Source of the DNA: Opitutia bacterium
Lineage (GTDB): Bacteria; Verrucomicrobiota; Verrucomicrobiia; Opitutales; T3Sed10-336
Length of the DNA: 64,000 nt
Reading direction: 5' to 3'
Assembly (NCBI GenBank): GCA_050506795.1
Contig: JBJHCF010000023.1
Coordinates: forward strand, 1-64,000
Shown: in pieces, positions 41,948 through 51,996 of the stretch
Layout: each line of letters opens with the position of its first letter
Numbering within the stretch: the first letter of the stretch is position 1
The notes under the pieces: model-generated
Told to the model about the DNA's origin: nothing
Databases searched by the model: none
Seen by the model: the letters and a program-made list of their open reading frames with translations, nothing else
Made by a program: the position numbers and the translations under genes

Positions 41948-42164
41948 CACCCATCATTCGACCTAAAAGCAGCGGCCCCCCTTCCCCCGTAGCCGGGGCG
42001 GGTTGGGCGGCGGACTTCCGGGAAGGACTCACACGGAGTCACGCCCTCGACAAGCTCAGGCCGGTTAGGGCTCACTCATGGATGGTGTCACAGACATTCG
42101 TCTGTCTTTGCCGCCTCACACCAAAACTTTCTCTGACGCCTTCGAGTCCTCCTCCACACCCCAC

Positions 42165-42195
42165 TTGACAACCGACCAACCAGCTGGTCTATTAC
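42165..42195 (+). promoter_or_regulatory. Putative TA promoter/operator
   Basis: TTGACA at 42165-42170 followed by the palindrome ACCAGCTGGT just upstream of the ATG at 42200. Confidence 0.5.
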
Positions 42196-42199
42196 CAAA

Positions 42200-42481
42200 A
42201 TGAAGACCATTGGGATTTTTGAAGCGAAGACACAGTTTCCGCGACTCTGCACGGAGGTCGAAGAAACCCGCTCGCCGATTCTCGTAAAACGCCGCGGCCA
42301 TCCGGTTGTCATCATCTCGCCCGTCCCTCCCGAATACGGCCAGTCGCGGCCGGATATCGTTTCCGACCTGGAAAGGTGGAACAAAGAGCACGGACGCCGA
42401 GAGCCACGCGCGGAATTTCCTGACGTGTGGAAGAAGCGCGTCAGCCGCGCGACGAGCCCTCTCACCGAACACGAGAAGTGA
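42200..42481 (+). CDS. Phd/YefM family antitoxin
   Basis: MKTIGIFEAKTQFPRLCTEV...ILVKRRGHPVVII; GTGA overlap with the toxin gene. Confidence 0.9.
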   Translation: MKTIGIFEAKTQFPRLCTEVEETRSPILVKRRGHPVVIISPVPPEYGQSRPDIVSDLERWNKEHGRREPRAEFPDVWKKRVSRATSPLTEHEK

Positions 42482-42885
42482 CCGGATATCTCCTCGACAC
42501 ATCCGTCTATTCCCAGCCGCTTCGACGAAAACCGGCGAAATCCGCGCTGCACCGATGGCGGGAAGTCGGCGATGGGCAGTGCGGTGTATCCATTATATCA
42601 GTCGCCGAGGTCGAGTGGGGTCTGCACCTGGAAAACCATCCGGTGCGTTGGGAAAAATATCACCGCATCCTCGAAGGCCGCCTGCAGGTATTGGCCGCCG
42701 GGGACGAAGTCTGGAAAAAATTCTCGGAGATAAAGGCGCGTCAGCAACGAGCCGGCCATCCGGTTGCCGACCTGGACCTTCTGATCGCAGCCACCGCCAT
42801 CGTGCACCGTTTAACCGTAGCGACCCTGGATCACTCCGACTTTTCCCGTATCCAAGGCGTAGCCTGGGAGGACTGGTGCGTCTGA
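42478..42885 (+). CDS. vapC: VapC/PIN-domain toxin
   Basis: YLLDTS...SIISVAEV...DLLIAATA...ATLD..DF; GTG start at 42478. Confidence 0.92.
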   Translation: MTGYLLDTSVYSQPLRRKPAKSALHRWREVGDGQCGVSIISVAEVEWGLHLENHPVRWEKYHRILEGRLQVLAAGDEVWKKFSEIKARQQRAGHPVADLDLLIAATAIVHRLTVATLDHSDFSRIQGVAWEDWCV

Positions 42886-43010
42886 TTCGCTTGCGGACTT
42901 CGTTCTGACAGTCCTGCATAAAGCGAATGACATCTTGACTCTCGACAACCACCGAGCAGCGGCATTGTCAGCAGGCAGGAATGTCCGCGTCACTGGTACT
43001 GATCGCCGGG

Positions 43011-45338
43011 TCAGCGGCGGTTGGAATCGACGAGCTGGAATACTCGGCTTTCCACTCCCGCGGGCACATAGCGGTCTCCTTCGATTGTCGTACCCATCGG
43101 ATTGTAAATCGTGAAGAACACCCTGGCGGGCGGAAGGTTTCGGAATTCAAACCGGCCATCCGATCCGGTTACTTCGAAATGGGAATTCATTCGGGGAACC
43201 GCGGAATCGGCGGACTCCCAGGAAACGCGAATTCCCTCCACCCCCCGTCCGGATTCTTTGGATACGATGCGTCCCCGGAAAGGCAGACCCTGGGTGAACT
43301 GTATGGTCGCTCCAGTCGCCAACAGATCCACCGGAACCTTTTCCGGGACAAGTGCCGCCGATTCAGGGGTCACTTCAAACGATCCGATTGCCCTGGGCGA
43401 AACGGGGACATTCAAAATTCCATTGGCGTTCGTATGAAGCCAGGTCGAAACCGGGCGGCCCTGATCGGCGGGTCGCAAGCCGATCAGGACGCGCTGGTTG
43501 GAATACGGGCGTCCGTCGGGAGCGAGAACCCGAAGTGATCGATGCACGGGCTCGGGCAATTCCAGAACAAGATCGCGGACCGGCATGGTTCGGGTGATGG
43601 AAGTGGATCCGGAAGCGGTCAACAACCCGGAATTCGCGCTAACATCAAGTCTCCGGCTCGAAAAAGGAATGGGCTCCGAGATGTGCCATTCGGCAACGTC
43701 CCTGACCATGCTGTATCTGGACTTAATGTCAATTCGATCCCCGGATCGGCGGTCGATAGCGTGAATAAAATGAACGTCGGCCAGTTCACCCCGGTGGTCC
43801 AACACCTTGACGCGAAGCATGCCGGCAGGTTCAATGGGTATATCAACCAGGGTCGGATTCGACTCAACCGCATATCGCTGGTCCTTGTGGGCGATAATTC
43901 CGCCCACAAGATTCCTGTTTCTCACTTCAAAAGTCGCTCCCTTGGGAAGCATGACGACCGCTTTTCCATCTTCGACATCGACATTCTGAAGCGTGTGCGA
44001 TGACGAGCGTGGATCCTGCCAGGCAATACTTACTGCGCCGGCAGGCGGACTCCATCCTCGTGCGGGCTTCAGCGACAAGTGTACCTCCGCCTCAAGAGGC
44101 GGATGGATCTCGTCGTAGTCGATGACAAATTCGGTGATCGGATCGCTTAAAGGCGGCACTTCGATCCATATCCCAAAAAGGTGGATTGAAACTTTATCAG
44201 GCCTCAGGCGATCCAGGGTCACTTCAACCCGATCGTCAACGATTTCAGGGCGCTGGACGAATCGGGTCACCGAATGGGCCTGTCTGTACTGGATACGCCC
44301 CACGTCCGAAACACCCGCCAGATTAACGATGCGCAGTTCGACGCGGTGTTCGATTGGAATCTCGACAGTGATTTCCCGGTCCGCCTCGGGATCGAGATCG
44401 AAGACCACCGAGCGTCGTCCCTCCCACGAAGCCATCATGGTGTAGATGAATTCGTCACTGAGCCCATCGGCGATCACAACGCCGTTTCCGTCGCTTCGTT
44501 TCCCCGAGCTGTTCCATGACGGAAAAGTTCCGAATCGGGCGAACGCCGGCGTGTGCACGGCGCGGAGGAGGACATCCTCCATCGGGTCACCCGTGGCGGC
44601 ATCCACGAAACGGACGCGGGCCGATCGTTCGTCCCGGAGCGCGACGGTCAACGGGCTCAGGTCCGGAGCCAAACGAATTCCTGCCATCCGTCGGGACTGA
44701 AACCCTTCCCGGCTTACAATAATATTCGCCGGCATTTCGTGGGCGATATGAGTGAATCGAGCGGTTCCGTTTTCATCGCTCAAAGCAGTCATTACGATGG
44801 AACTCTCAGGCCTCCTGATCTCCACCTTCGCGCCGGCGATCGGGACGCCGTCCTCGTCAGTGCATCGAACCTCCATATCGAATCCCCGATCCATTCGAAC
44901 CACGAGGTTTGCCGCGGACTGGTTTTCCTGTATCACGGTTACGGCGGGCGCGTAACCCTCTTTCCTGACGGTGATTTGCAGCGCACCCTCAAGGATATCG
45001 GTCTCAAAACGTCCATCCTTGCCGGTGGTGCCCTCAGCGCTGGCGGGCGTCTGGCCGGAGCTTACTCGAACCGCCCATGAAGCGCCTCCAATCGCCTCGC
45101 CCGCGGCATCGGTCACCACACCGGCAACCCGCCGCTCGCCGCGCTCGTCTCCAAGCGCCGCGGACCGGTCGGGATGGGCGAGTTCCCTCATTCTTTCAAT
45201 CGCTTCTTCCGATGATGGGTGCGGAATCAGTGCAACGATCGCCGGCGCGAGAAGCAAAACGGCGAGTGCTGCAATCGTCAGGAAACGGGCGCCGGCAAAC
45301 CGCCGGGACGCGGGTAACTGGGGGGATCGGCTCTTCAT
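43011..45338 (-). CDS. Membrane-anchored protein with repeated carboxypeptidase-regulatory-like (prealbumin-like) domains
   Basis: N-terminal TM; repeats VAGVVTDAAGEAIGGA, TDEDGVPIAGAKV, FVDAATGDP and TGSDGRFEFRNLP. ATG at 45338 is inferred. Confidence 0.8.
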   Translation of the reverse strand: MKSRSPQLPASRRFAGARFLTIAALAVLLLAPAIVALIPHPSSEEAIERMRELAHPDRSAALGDERGERRVAGVVTDAAGEAIGGASWAVRVSSGQTPASAEGTTGKDGRFETDILEGALQITVRKEGYAPAVTVIQENQSAANLVVRMDRGFDMEVRCTDEDGVPIAGAKVEIRRPESSIVMTALSDENGTARFTHIAHEMPANIIVSREGFQSRRMAGIRLAPDLSPLTVALRDERSARVRFVDAATGDPMEDVLLRAVHTPAFARFGTFPSWNSSGKRSDGNGVVIADGLSDEFIYTMMASWEGRRSVVFDLDPEADREITVEIPIEHRVELRIVNLAGVSDVGRIQYRQAHSVTRFVQRPEIVDDRVEVTLDRLRPDKVSIHLFGIWIEVPPLSDPITEFVIDYDEIHPPLEAEVHLSLKPARGWSPPAGAVSIAWQDPRSSSHTLQNVDVEDGKAVVMLPKGATFEVRNRNLVGGIIAHKDQRYAVESNPTLVDIPIEPAGMLRVKVLDHRGELADVHFIHAIDRRSGDRIDIKSRYSMVRDVAEWHISEPIPFSSRRLDVSANSGLLTASGSTSITRTMPVRDLVLELPEPVHRSLRVLAPDGRPYSNQRVLIGLRPADQGRPVSTWLHTNANGILNVPVSPRAIGSFEVTPESAALVPEKVPVDLLATGATIQFTQGLPFRGRIVSKESGRGVEGIRVSWESADSAVPRMNSHFEVTGSDGRFEFRNLPPARVFFTIYNPMGTTIEGDRYVPAGVESRVFQLVDSNRR

Positions 45339-45698
45339 GGGCGGAGAAAAGTTTTCCGGAACCCCGCGGCGAGAGCAAGCCAAATTCCATTGATCGAGAA
45401 CCCGGCGACCGGCCGTTTTGTGCCTTGACCCAACCATGGGGCATGATGACTTTACATCGGACACGCGAAAAATTTGCCACCGCTTTCGCTCAGACCGACT
45501 TTTCTTCATCCTTTTCGTGTGGTTCGTGTGTTTCGTGGGTCAAACCATTCCTAAGGCGGGCGGAGCGAAGGGAACGGGTCACCACCTTCGTCTGGCACGA
45601 TTACGGCCGTGCGGGAGCATGGCCCTCCAGGAAGCCTCTTTCGGCAAAGGCCGGACACCTACGCATCGGACAATGTCCTTAACCGAACGCCGATCCTC

Positions 45699-46076
45699 CT
45701 ACTCTCCACCCTCCCCTTCGAATCCGGTGGATCCGTGCAAAGTGGCAGGTCCGGAGCCAACCACCCTCGACCCGGGAGGAAGAGCCTCAAGAATGTTCGC
45801 AGTCGGGGTGCCGTCCGGCCGTCGCAGGCGCCCGCCCTCGCTGGCTAGATCGCTAACCGGCATAACATTACCACCCGGAAGTATCCGCTGGTGGGCCTCG
45901 CTGGATTGATCGCTACTAACCCGCATTACATTACCGCCCATAAAGACGATGTATCCTCCGGACGTCCCGAATGTCCCGCGGTCATCCCAGGTCCCGTCTT
46001 CCCTCAATCCGCGGGTCCATGCTATCGGAGTCGTTGATGGCAACAGCGCGGTTTTGGATATGTTTTCCGGGTTCAT
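45699..46076 (-). pseudogene. Internally deleted copy of the 48178-49101 gene
   Basis: MNPENISKTAL is joined directly to LPSTTPIAWTRGLREDG...GEGGE, matching the first 11 and last ~93 residues of the 307-aa paralogue. It also has an internal GGNVM..S duplication. Confidence 0.8.
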
Positions 46077-46094
46077 CTGCAAAACTCCTTCTGA

Positions 46095-46844
46095 TTATTC
46101 GGTTGGTGGGCCTCTCCCCCTTGTCCCGTCAGGGATCGGGGGGTCCGGGGCGCCATAGATGGACTGCTCGGGCGTGAGGCGCTCGAGGATGTTCGTCGGA
46201 AGCGTTTCTTCGTCGAAGGAGCTCCAAATTTGATCGGGCTCCAGGTTCCTTCGCCACTGGACATGACCTCCCAGGTAGACGAGGTGGCCACCCTGGTCGC
46301 CATAAACCCCGTTTTCGCGGTCCCAACGTCCGTCCTCTCGCAGGCCCCGTGTAAAGCCAATGGGTGTGGTGCGTGGCATCGATAGTGTCAGACCGCCGAC
46401 CAGCTGGTAGGAGATTCCGGAATTCAAAAATTCCGGATTGATTTGAATGCCGTCGTTTTCCCTGACCATGACGCGATCGGAATTCCGGGGGCGACTTACT
46501 CCGGGATGTTGATCGAAGGCCGAGTAGTAAATATACCAATTATCAAATCCACTGATCTCCCGAGCCAGGGCCGCGGCAAATCGATGGACGTTGGTAGTCT
46601 CGCCGTCCGCGGGCACACCGTCAGGCCCAAGATTGGTCTCCGGGAGACGTCCCTCCCGTTCCATCGCGTAGATCAAAGCCGCCTGGCCGATCTGGCGAAT
46701 ATTACTGGAGTCAATCGTCCGTCTGTTGCCTCCATTGCGAACCTGGCTGACATTGGTAATCAGAATGGCCGCGAGAATGACGGTGAGCACGGCGGCGACG
46801 ATCCAGGTAAAGGGCGGTACCATTTGCCGTTTGGGTGGTTGCAT
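46095..46844 (-). CDS. Pilin-like / type II secretion pseudopilin-like protein (DUF1559-like)
   Basis: Degenerate prepilin-like PFTWIVAAVLTVILAAIL; SNIRQIGQAALIYA...GRLP; C-terminal GGHLVYLGGHV. Confidence 0.75.
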   Translation of the reverse strand: MQPPKRQMVPPFTWIVAAVLTVILAAILITNVSQVRNGGNRRTIDSSNIRQIGQAALIYAMEREGRLPETNLGPDGVPADGETTNVHRFAAALAREISGFDNWYIYYSAFDQHPGVSRPRNSDRVMVRENDGIQINPEFLNSGISYQLVGGLTLSMPRTTPIGFTRGLREDGRWDRENGVYGDQGGHLVYLGGHVQWRRNLEPDQIWSSFDEETLPTNILERLTPEQSIYGAPDPPIPDGTRGRGPPTE

Positions 46845-47081
46845 TGCGCTCCTTGGTTTCCGATTCAGGCTGCTGACTTCTGATCTCCGGCTTGGCCCGG
46901 ATGGCTGCGACCTGGTGAGGGTGGGTTTTTCTGCGGCAACACGTTAGTCGTCGACTGTGTTCGGACGAATATTGCCGGTAAAGGGTTGGGATGGAAAGAA
47001 AAAAGGCGAGCAGAGTCACGACCTCGACGAACTCCACCGCTCCAAAACTCCCGCACTCCACGGCTCCTTGCGACAGCGGTT

Positions 47082-47104
47082 CGCCCGCTTAAGCAGGGCG
47101 CTAC
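47082..47104 (-). repeat. Solo GTAG REP
   Basis: Reverse complement reads GTAGCGCCCTGCTTAAGCGGGCG. Confidence 0.8.
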
Positions 47105-47330
47105 GAAAGATCCCTCACAACCAGCAACGATGAACCGCCGCCAACGTTCCCCTCGTCCCTCGCCCCAATCCGCGCCCATCTGTGAAATGCTACGCCATCC
47201 ACGCTCTGCTTCGTCTGTGTTTGCCTTCCTCGCAGATTTGAACGTTACAACCCGATGAACATCGTTTACAGCTTATAGCCTCCAGCCAATGCACATTCTC
47301 AACTTTGAAAGCCACATACCGTCGAAGCCG

Positions 47331-48146
47331 ATGCGCGCATTTCGTTCCGTTTCCGCCCGAACACGCTTGGCCGGGATCGCCACCTGTGTCGGTTTGCTTG
47401 CAACCGCCGGATGCCAGTCCACGCCAGCCTCGCAGGATACCGAAGCTAACACGTTCCGGACCGATGAGCCTTCCGCACCCGCCGAAACGGCTGCGCCCAA
47501 CCCGGAGCGAACGCCGGCCGAGGGTTTTTACTACCGGGCGGTCAAAGTCGACGATCGCTGGATCGCGATCACCTTTGACGACGGCCCCGACCCGGAACAG
47601 ACTCCGTTACTGCTCGATATTCTCAACGAGAGGAGTATTCGCGCAACCTTCTTCGTGGTCGGCCGGAACGTGACCGACAACCGCCACCTCCTGGAGCGAA
47701 TGGTCGCCGAGGGTCACGAAATCGGCAATCACTCCTGGGATCACCCTTATTTGGACGCAATCGATACCGATTCGGTAGACGAACAGCTCGAACGCACGAG
47801 TTCCGCAATCCAGACGGTAACCGGCCTGGTTCCCACATTGATGCGTCCTCCCTACGGCGCCACGAACCCGACGTTGAATCAACGGATCAACGTAGAGCAT
47901 GGCATGAAGGTGATTCTCTGGTCGATAGACTCCTTCGACTGGAGGCCCTCGAACCCCGAACGGATACAGCAGGCGATTCTCTCGGAAGCGCACCCCGGCG
48001 GCATCATCCTCGCACACGACACTCAAACGGCCACGATCGAAGCGATGCCTGACACACTCGATACCCTCACGGCACGGGGTTACCGATTCGTTACCGTCTC
48101 GGAACTGATCGAACTCGGACGACAAGCCTCGGCGCCTCCCGAATAA
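47331..48146 (+). CDS. Polysaccharide deacetylase (CE4/NodB), probable lipoprotein
   Basis: Motifs TFDDGP, ATFFVVG, NHSWDH, RPPYG, DSFDW and ILAHD; lipobox-like TAGC. The start may be 47289. Confidence 0.93.
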   Translation: MRAFRSVSARTRLAGIATCVGLLATAGCQSTPASQDTEANTFRTDEPSAPAETAAPNPERTPAEGFYYRAVKVDDRWIAITFDDGPDPEQTPLLLDILNERSIRATFFVVGRNVTDNRHLLERMVAEGHEIGNHSWDHPYLDAIDTDSVDEQLERTSSAIQTVTGLVPTLMRPPYGATNPTLNQRINVEHGMKVILWSIDSFDWRPSNPERIQQAILSEAHPGGIILAHDTQTATIEAMPDTLDTLTARGYRFVTVSELIELGRQASAPPE

Positions 48147-48177
48147 CGCCAAAGGCGAGCGAGGTTGACGTGACGTT

Positions 48178-49101
48178 CTATTCTCCTCCCTCGCCCGGAG
48201 AACCTGTTGATCCGTGCAAAGTGACTTGGCCGGAGCCAACGACCCTCGCCTCGGGGGGAAGAGCTTCCAGGATGTTCGCCGTCGGGGTGCCGTCAGGCCG
48301 CGTCAGGCGCCCGCCATCCCTGCCCAAATCACTGGCGTAAATGACACTGCCACTGAGGAAGACTATATGCCCTCCGGACGAACCATGCGCCCCGCTTTCA
48401 TCCCAGGTTCCATCTTCCCTCAATCCCCGGGTCCACGCAATCGGAGTCGTCGAAGGCATATCAATGCTCAGGTTTGTCGCGAAGTCGATGGCCACGTTAT
48501 TCTGGGCGGCGAACTGCGGATCCAGGCCTTGCCTGCTTTCGTCCAAAACCGTAGTCAAGCTGTCTTCCCGCCCCGACTCGGTATCCCCACCGGTAACCCA
48601 CATCGAAGCATCGTTTAGGCCGGCCGAAGCCAACAACCGGGCCACATCGTGGATCGTTTCCACGTCGTTTCCTCCCGGCAACAGGCCGTCATTGTCATTG
48701 GCAAAGATCAGCGAAGCCTGGCCAACCTGCCGCAGGTTGCTCGCACCGACCCGCAAACTCTCGAAGCGCCTATCTTCGGCTTCGGTATCGCCCCCTTGCC
48801 TCGCCCTTCCGGTGCCAAGGGACACGAAGTACTCCTCTCCGTCCTTGCGGAGCATCAACCGCCGCTCGTTCGGATGGAACTCCACGATCTCGTAACCGGC
48901 AAACACTTCCCCCACGTCCGCCCAGGCGCTCCCTTCCTCCGCTCTGAGCGAAAAGAGAGGGCTCCCGCCAAGGTCGACAATTCCACGAAACTCCAAATCG
49001 TCGGCCCTGGTCGATCCGGAGACCGAATGCGCCGCCAGGGGCAGCAGGAGAATTAACACCAGCGTCATCAACGCCGTCTTCGAAATACATTCCGGGCTCA
49101 T
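48178..49101 (-). CDS. Secreted protein with a GspC/PilP-like N-terminal segment and a DUF1559-like pilin body
   Basis: Signal peptide; LEFRGIV...FSL...W...GE.FAGYEI segment; SNLRQVGQASLIFANDNDGLLP; paralogous to 46095-46844 (TTPI..TRGLREDG.WD). Confidence 0.7.
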   Translation of the reverse strand: MSPECISKTALMTLVLILLLPLAAHSVSGSTRADDLEFRGIVDLGGSPLFSLRAEEGSAWADVGEVFAGYEIVEFHPNERRLMLRKDGEEYFVSLGTGRARQGGDTEAEDRRFESLRVGASNLRQVGQASLIFANDNDGLLPGGNDVETIHDVARLLASAGLNDASMWVTGGDTESGREDSLTTVLDESRQGLDPQFAAQNNVAIDFATNLSIDMPSTTPIAWTRGLREDGTWDESGAHGSSGGHIVFLSGSVIYASDLGRDGGRLTRPDGTPTANILEALPPEARVVGSGQVTLHGSTGSPGEGGE

Positions 49102-49291
49102 CTGAAAAACTCCTTTCTTCTATTCGACCATTCCCACTGTCGCCGTACCGGATCTTCCAATCGCAGGTAAATCAGCACCAAGGATTTTAAATCGGCATTA
49201 AACATTGACACTTCAATCGCTGTCCTATTACAGCAGGACAGTGAGCCTGTCAAGAGATTCCAGAATTTTTTTCGGCCCGATGAGGCGGGAG

Positions 49292-49390
49292 CTATTCGGC
49301 CGGCTTACCTGTGCCCCGTGTTCCGTCGGGGATCGGCGGGTCGGGGCGCCATGTCAAGGGCGGTACCAAATGCCTTTTAGGTGGTTGCAT
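49292..49390 (-). pseudogene. Internally deleted copy (32 codons) of the 46095-46844 gene
   Basis: MQPPKRHLVPPLTW joined to RPDPPIPDGTRGTGKPAE. About 50 bp of upstream DNA (49391-49442) is nearly identical to 46845-46896. Confidence 0.85.
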
Positions 49391-49470
49391 CGTGCTCCTT
49401 GGTTTCCGATTCAGGCTGCTGGCTTCTGATCTCCGGCTTGGCACTCGGATGGTTGCGACCCAGCCTCCGC

Positions 49471-51747
49471 TTAGTCTGAATCTACTGTCTCCGAGCATCC
49501 GGGAAAAGCGAAACGATGCACCTGTTTGCTCCGAGAAACCAACCATAGTTCAGAGCCGCCGCGCGTGGTGAAGGCCTCCCAGTTGCCGCTATTGAATTCA
49601 TCGCCCGGCAAGGGGAATTTCCGCACCATTCGCCCCTCCAGATCGAAGAGCCAGAGGTGGGACTCCGCTTGCGTGACGAAATTTCGACCATTGTACCAAA
49701 AGTTTGAATGGCTGTTCCCAATCGAAATCGTATTGGTGCGGACTGGATCCCCATTCGCCCGGTAAAGGTTGATCTGCCACTCCCCTGTATTCGTTCGGTC
49801 ATCACGCGTCGCCAACACGAAGGATCCGTCCGGCGCCACCGCCCCGTTCCCCCACCCGATCAGCCAGTTCCCATCCGGGCGGCGTTCGATGATCCGTTTC
49901 ACGGTCATTTCCGGGTCGCGCAAATGGGCACTCCTAAAGCCCACCTCAAGCAACCCTCCCGACGGTAAGGCAAACCGGCCGCTACCCCCCAGGTTTACGG
50001 TGCCGTCCGGCATCGCTGCCAGGCTCAAAGACGTCGGGCTTTCCGGCAGGTCGGGGGAGTGGGTTTCGATCCAGTTTCCGTTGTCGTCATAAACCTGAAC
50101 CAACCGGCTACGCGCCTCGAGCGCATACAGCCAGCCGTTATTGTCCACGTCGATCGCCTCCACGCGACCCATGCGAATCTCCCCCGGAACCGGACCCAAG
50201 ACATGCTCCGGCACCCCGTCCGCCGAAAGGCGAATCAGCGCGTCCGCCTCGCCTGCCACGACAGTTCCGCTCGGTCCCACTTTGATCCCGGACCTTGGGT
50301 CAAAACTCCTCCCATCCGGGAATGCCGGAATAAACTCGCCCAGAACCTCCCCTTCCGCATTCATTCTGACCACGGGGGGGGTTCCGTTAAAATCATGGAC
50401 GAAAATCTCCCCTGCGGGACCCACACTGATACCCACCGGGTAATTGGGTCGCCTTCCCCAGACCTCTTCAAGATCGATGGTTCGAAGATAGGTTCCTTCG
50501 GGGTCGAAGAACTTGACGTCGCGCCCGACGTTGCTCAAGAGAGCGACAGAGCCGTCGGCCGTTACCGCGATGTCGCTCGGCGAGAAAAGAGCGCCCGGAT
50601 TACGACTATCGTTGTCGGTAATTCGCCACCGCGCGCGCCCGTCTCGATCGAAGCGGGCCAATTCGTTCGTGGAACTGTATTGCGCCTGCAATCTCGCCAG
50701 GACCAGAAAGCCGCCGTCGCGTGACCCGGCAATGCGCTCCATCGCGGGACTGTCGAACCCTTGGAGGGCGGTTATTCCTCCGTTGGCGACGTTCACCCGC
50801 CACGCGACCGCCCGCTCGCCCACTCCATAATTGGAATGGACGACGACCCAATCGTCACCGCTCAACCAGACCACCCGCGCTCGCCGCAGCCCGCCGGTTG
50901 ACGGAAGATCGAGCGGAATCTCAGTAACCAACCGCCCATTCCCCTCGACAAGGACGAAAGTAGCGTCGCCACGCAAAAACCCGATTCGATCACGGTCGTC
51001 GAGGTCAAAATCAACCACGCCGAAAACCGGCGAGGGGTGCCCGACTTCATCAGCGAACGAGAATGTACCAAGGTGCTCCAGTTCGCCCTTCGGAACATCC
51101 GACAATTCCGGCAATAGCGCCTCGGTGTCTTCGCCAATCGTATCGCGACGAAGGGAGACTTCGTGAACCGATTTCTCGCGAATTTCACCGGTGGATAACG
51201 TGTAGTTCCACCACCATTCCCGCCTGTCACTTTCATCTGGATCAGCAACTCGCACCACCAGGCGTTCATTCGGGCCATCCACAATCAACCCCTTCCCCAC
51301 CGGGCCCGGCAACGCATGCAGGTATCTGCTCGGTTCCCGTTTGATTATCTCGTGCAGAACGAGCGTTCCCGTTCGGTCGATGACCACCACCCGAAAATCT
51401 CCCACCCCCGCCCGATAGCCTTCTCCCGACATGCCATAGAGGCCAAAGCTGTAGGCGTAGCCGGCCGCGAATCCGTCGTCCGTCACCGCCGCTTCATACA
51501 ACGTGAATGGCAAGGTGGCGGTCCACAGAACTTCCCCCTCTTCAGTCAGTCTGTAGGATGCTTCGCCACGCCCGTACCGGTCAGACGGGTTTACGTCGAT
51601 ACGATAACGCCCATCTGGAGAATGATAGGTGGCGGGATTCAGAACCGGCTCGGAAGCCATACGCGCAAACGCGTTCCCGCCAGTCATTCCGCAAAAACTG
51701 GTCAGAAACAGCCCCAGAGCCGCCACCGCAATCATCCTTGATTTCAT
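49471..51747 (-). CDS. Secreted NHL-like beta-propeller protein
   Basis: Signal peptide from ATG 51747; repeats FSPSDIAVTADG, YPVGISVGPAGEIFV and VEAIDVDNNGWLY. Confidence 0.72.
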   Translation of the reverse strand: MKSRMIAVAALGLFLTSFCGMTGGNAFARMASEPVLNPATYHSPDGRYRIDVNPSDRYGRGEASYRLTEEGEVLWTATLPFTLYEAAVTDDGFAAGYAYSFGLYGMSGEGYRAGVGDFRVVVIDRTGTLVLHEIIKREPSRYLHALPGPVGKGLIVDGPNERLVVRVADPDESDRREWWWNYTLSTGEIREKSVHEVSLRRDTIGEDTEALLPELSDVPKGELEHLGTFSFADEVGHPSPVFGVVDFDLDDRDRIGFLRGDATFVLVEGNGRLVTEIPLDLPSTGGLRRARVVWLSGDDWVVVHSNYGVGERAVAWRVNVANGGITALQGFDSPAMERIAGSRDGGFLVLARLQAQYSSTNELARFDRDGRARWRITDNDSRNPGALFSPSDIAVTADGSVALLSNVGRDVKFFDPEGTYLRTIDLEEVWGRRPNYPVGISVGPAGEIFVHDFNGTPPVVRMNAEGEVLGEFIPAFPDGRSFDPRSGIKVGPSGTVVAGEADALIRLSADGVPEHVLGPVPGEIRMGRVEAIDVDNNGWLYALEARSRLVQVYDDNGNWIETHSPDLPESPTSLSLAAMPDGTVNLGGSGRFALPSGGLLEVGFRSAHLRDPEMTVKRIIERRPDGNWLIGWGNGAVAPDGSFVLATRDDRTNTGEWQINLYRANGDPVRTNTISIGNSHSNFWYNGRNFVTQAESHLWLFDLEGRMVRKFPLPGDEFNSGNWEAFTTRGGSELWLVSRSKQVHRFAFPGCSETVDSD

Positions 51748-51996
51748 CGTACCGTGATCTAAAAGTTTGTCCAAAACCAATAATTACATCAATCCCTTTT
51801 CATGGCCGAATCGAAATCCCCTCTGCCAAGAGCAAGACCTTACGTCACCCCGGTTGCGCGATGCCAGGGCACTTTTCGGGCCTTATCCGCGCAGTGCGCC
51901 GCCGACGGCGCTGGTGTTCCTATACCGAAAATGGTGTCGTCGATTTTCGAATTCGATTCGCGTTTATATCTCAGATAACCAGGAATACCGTTCACC

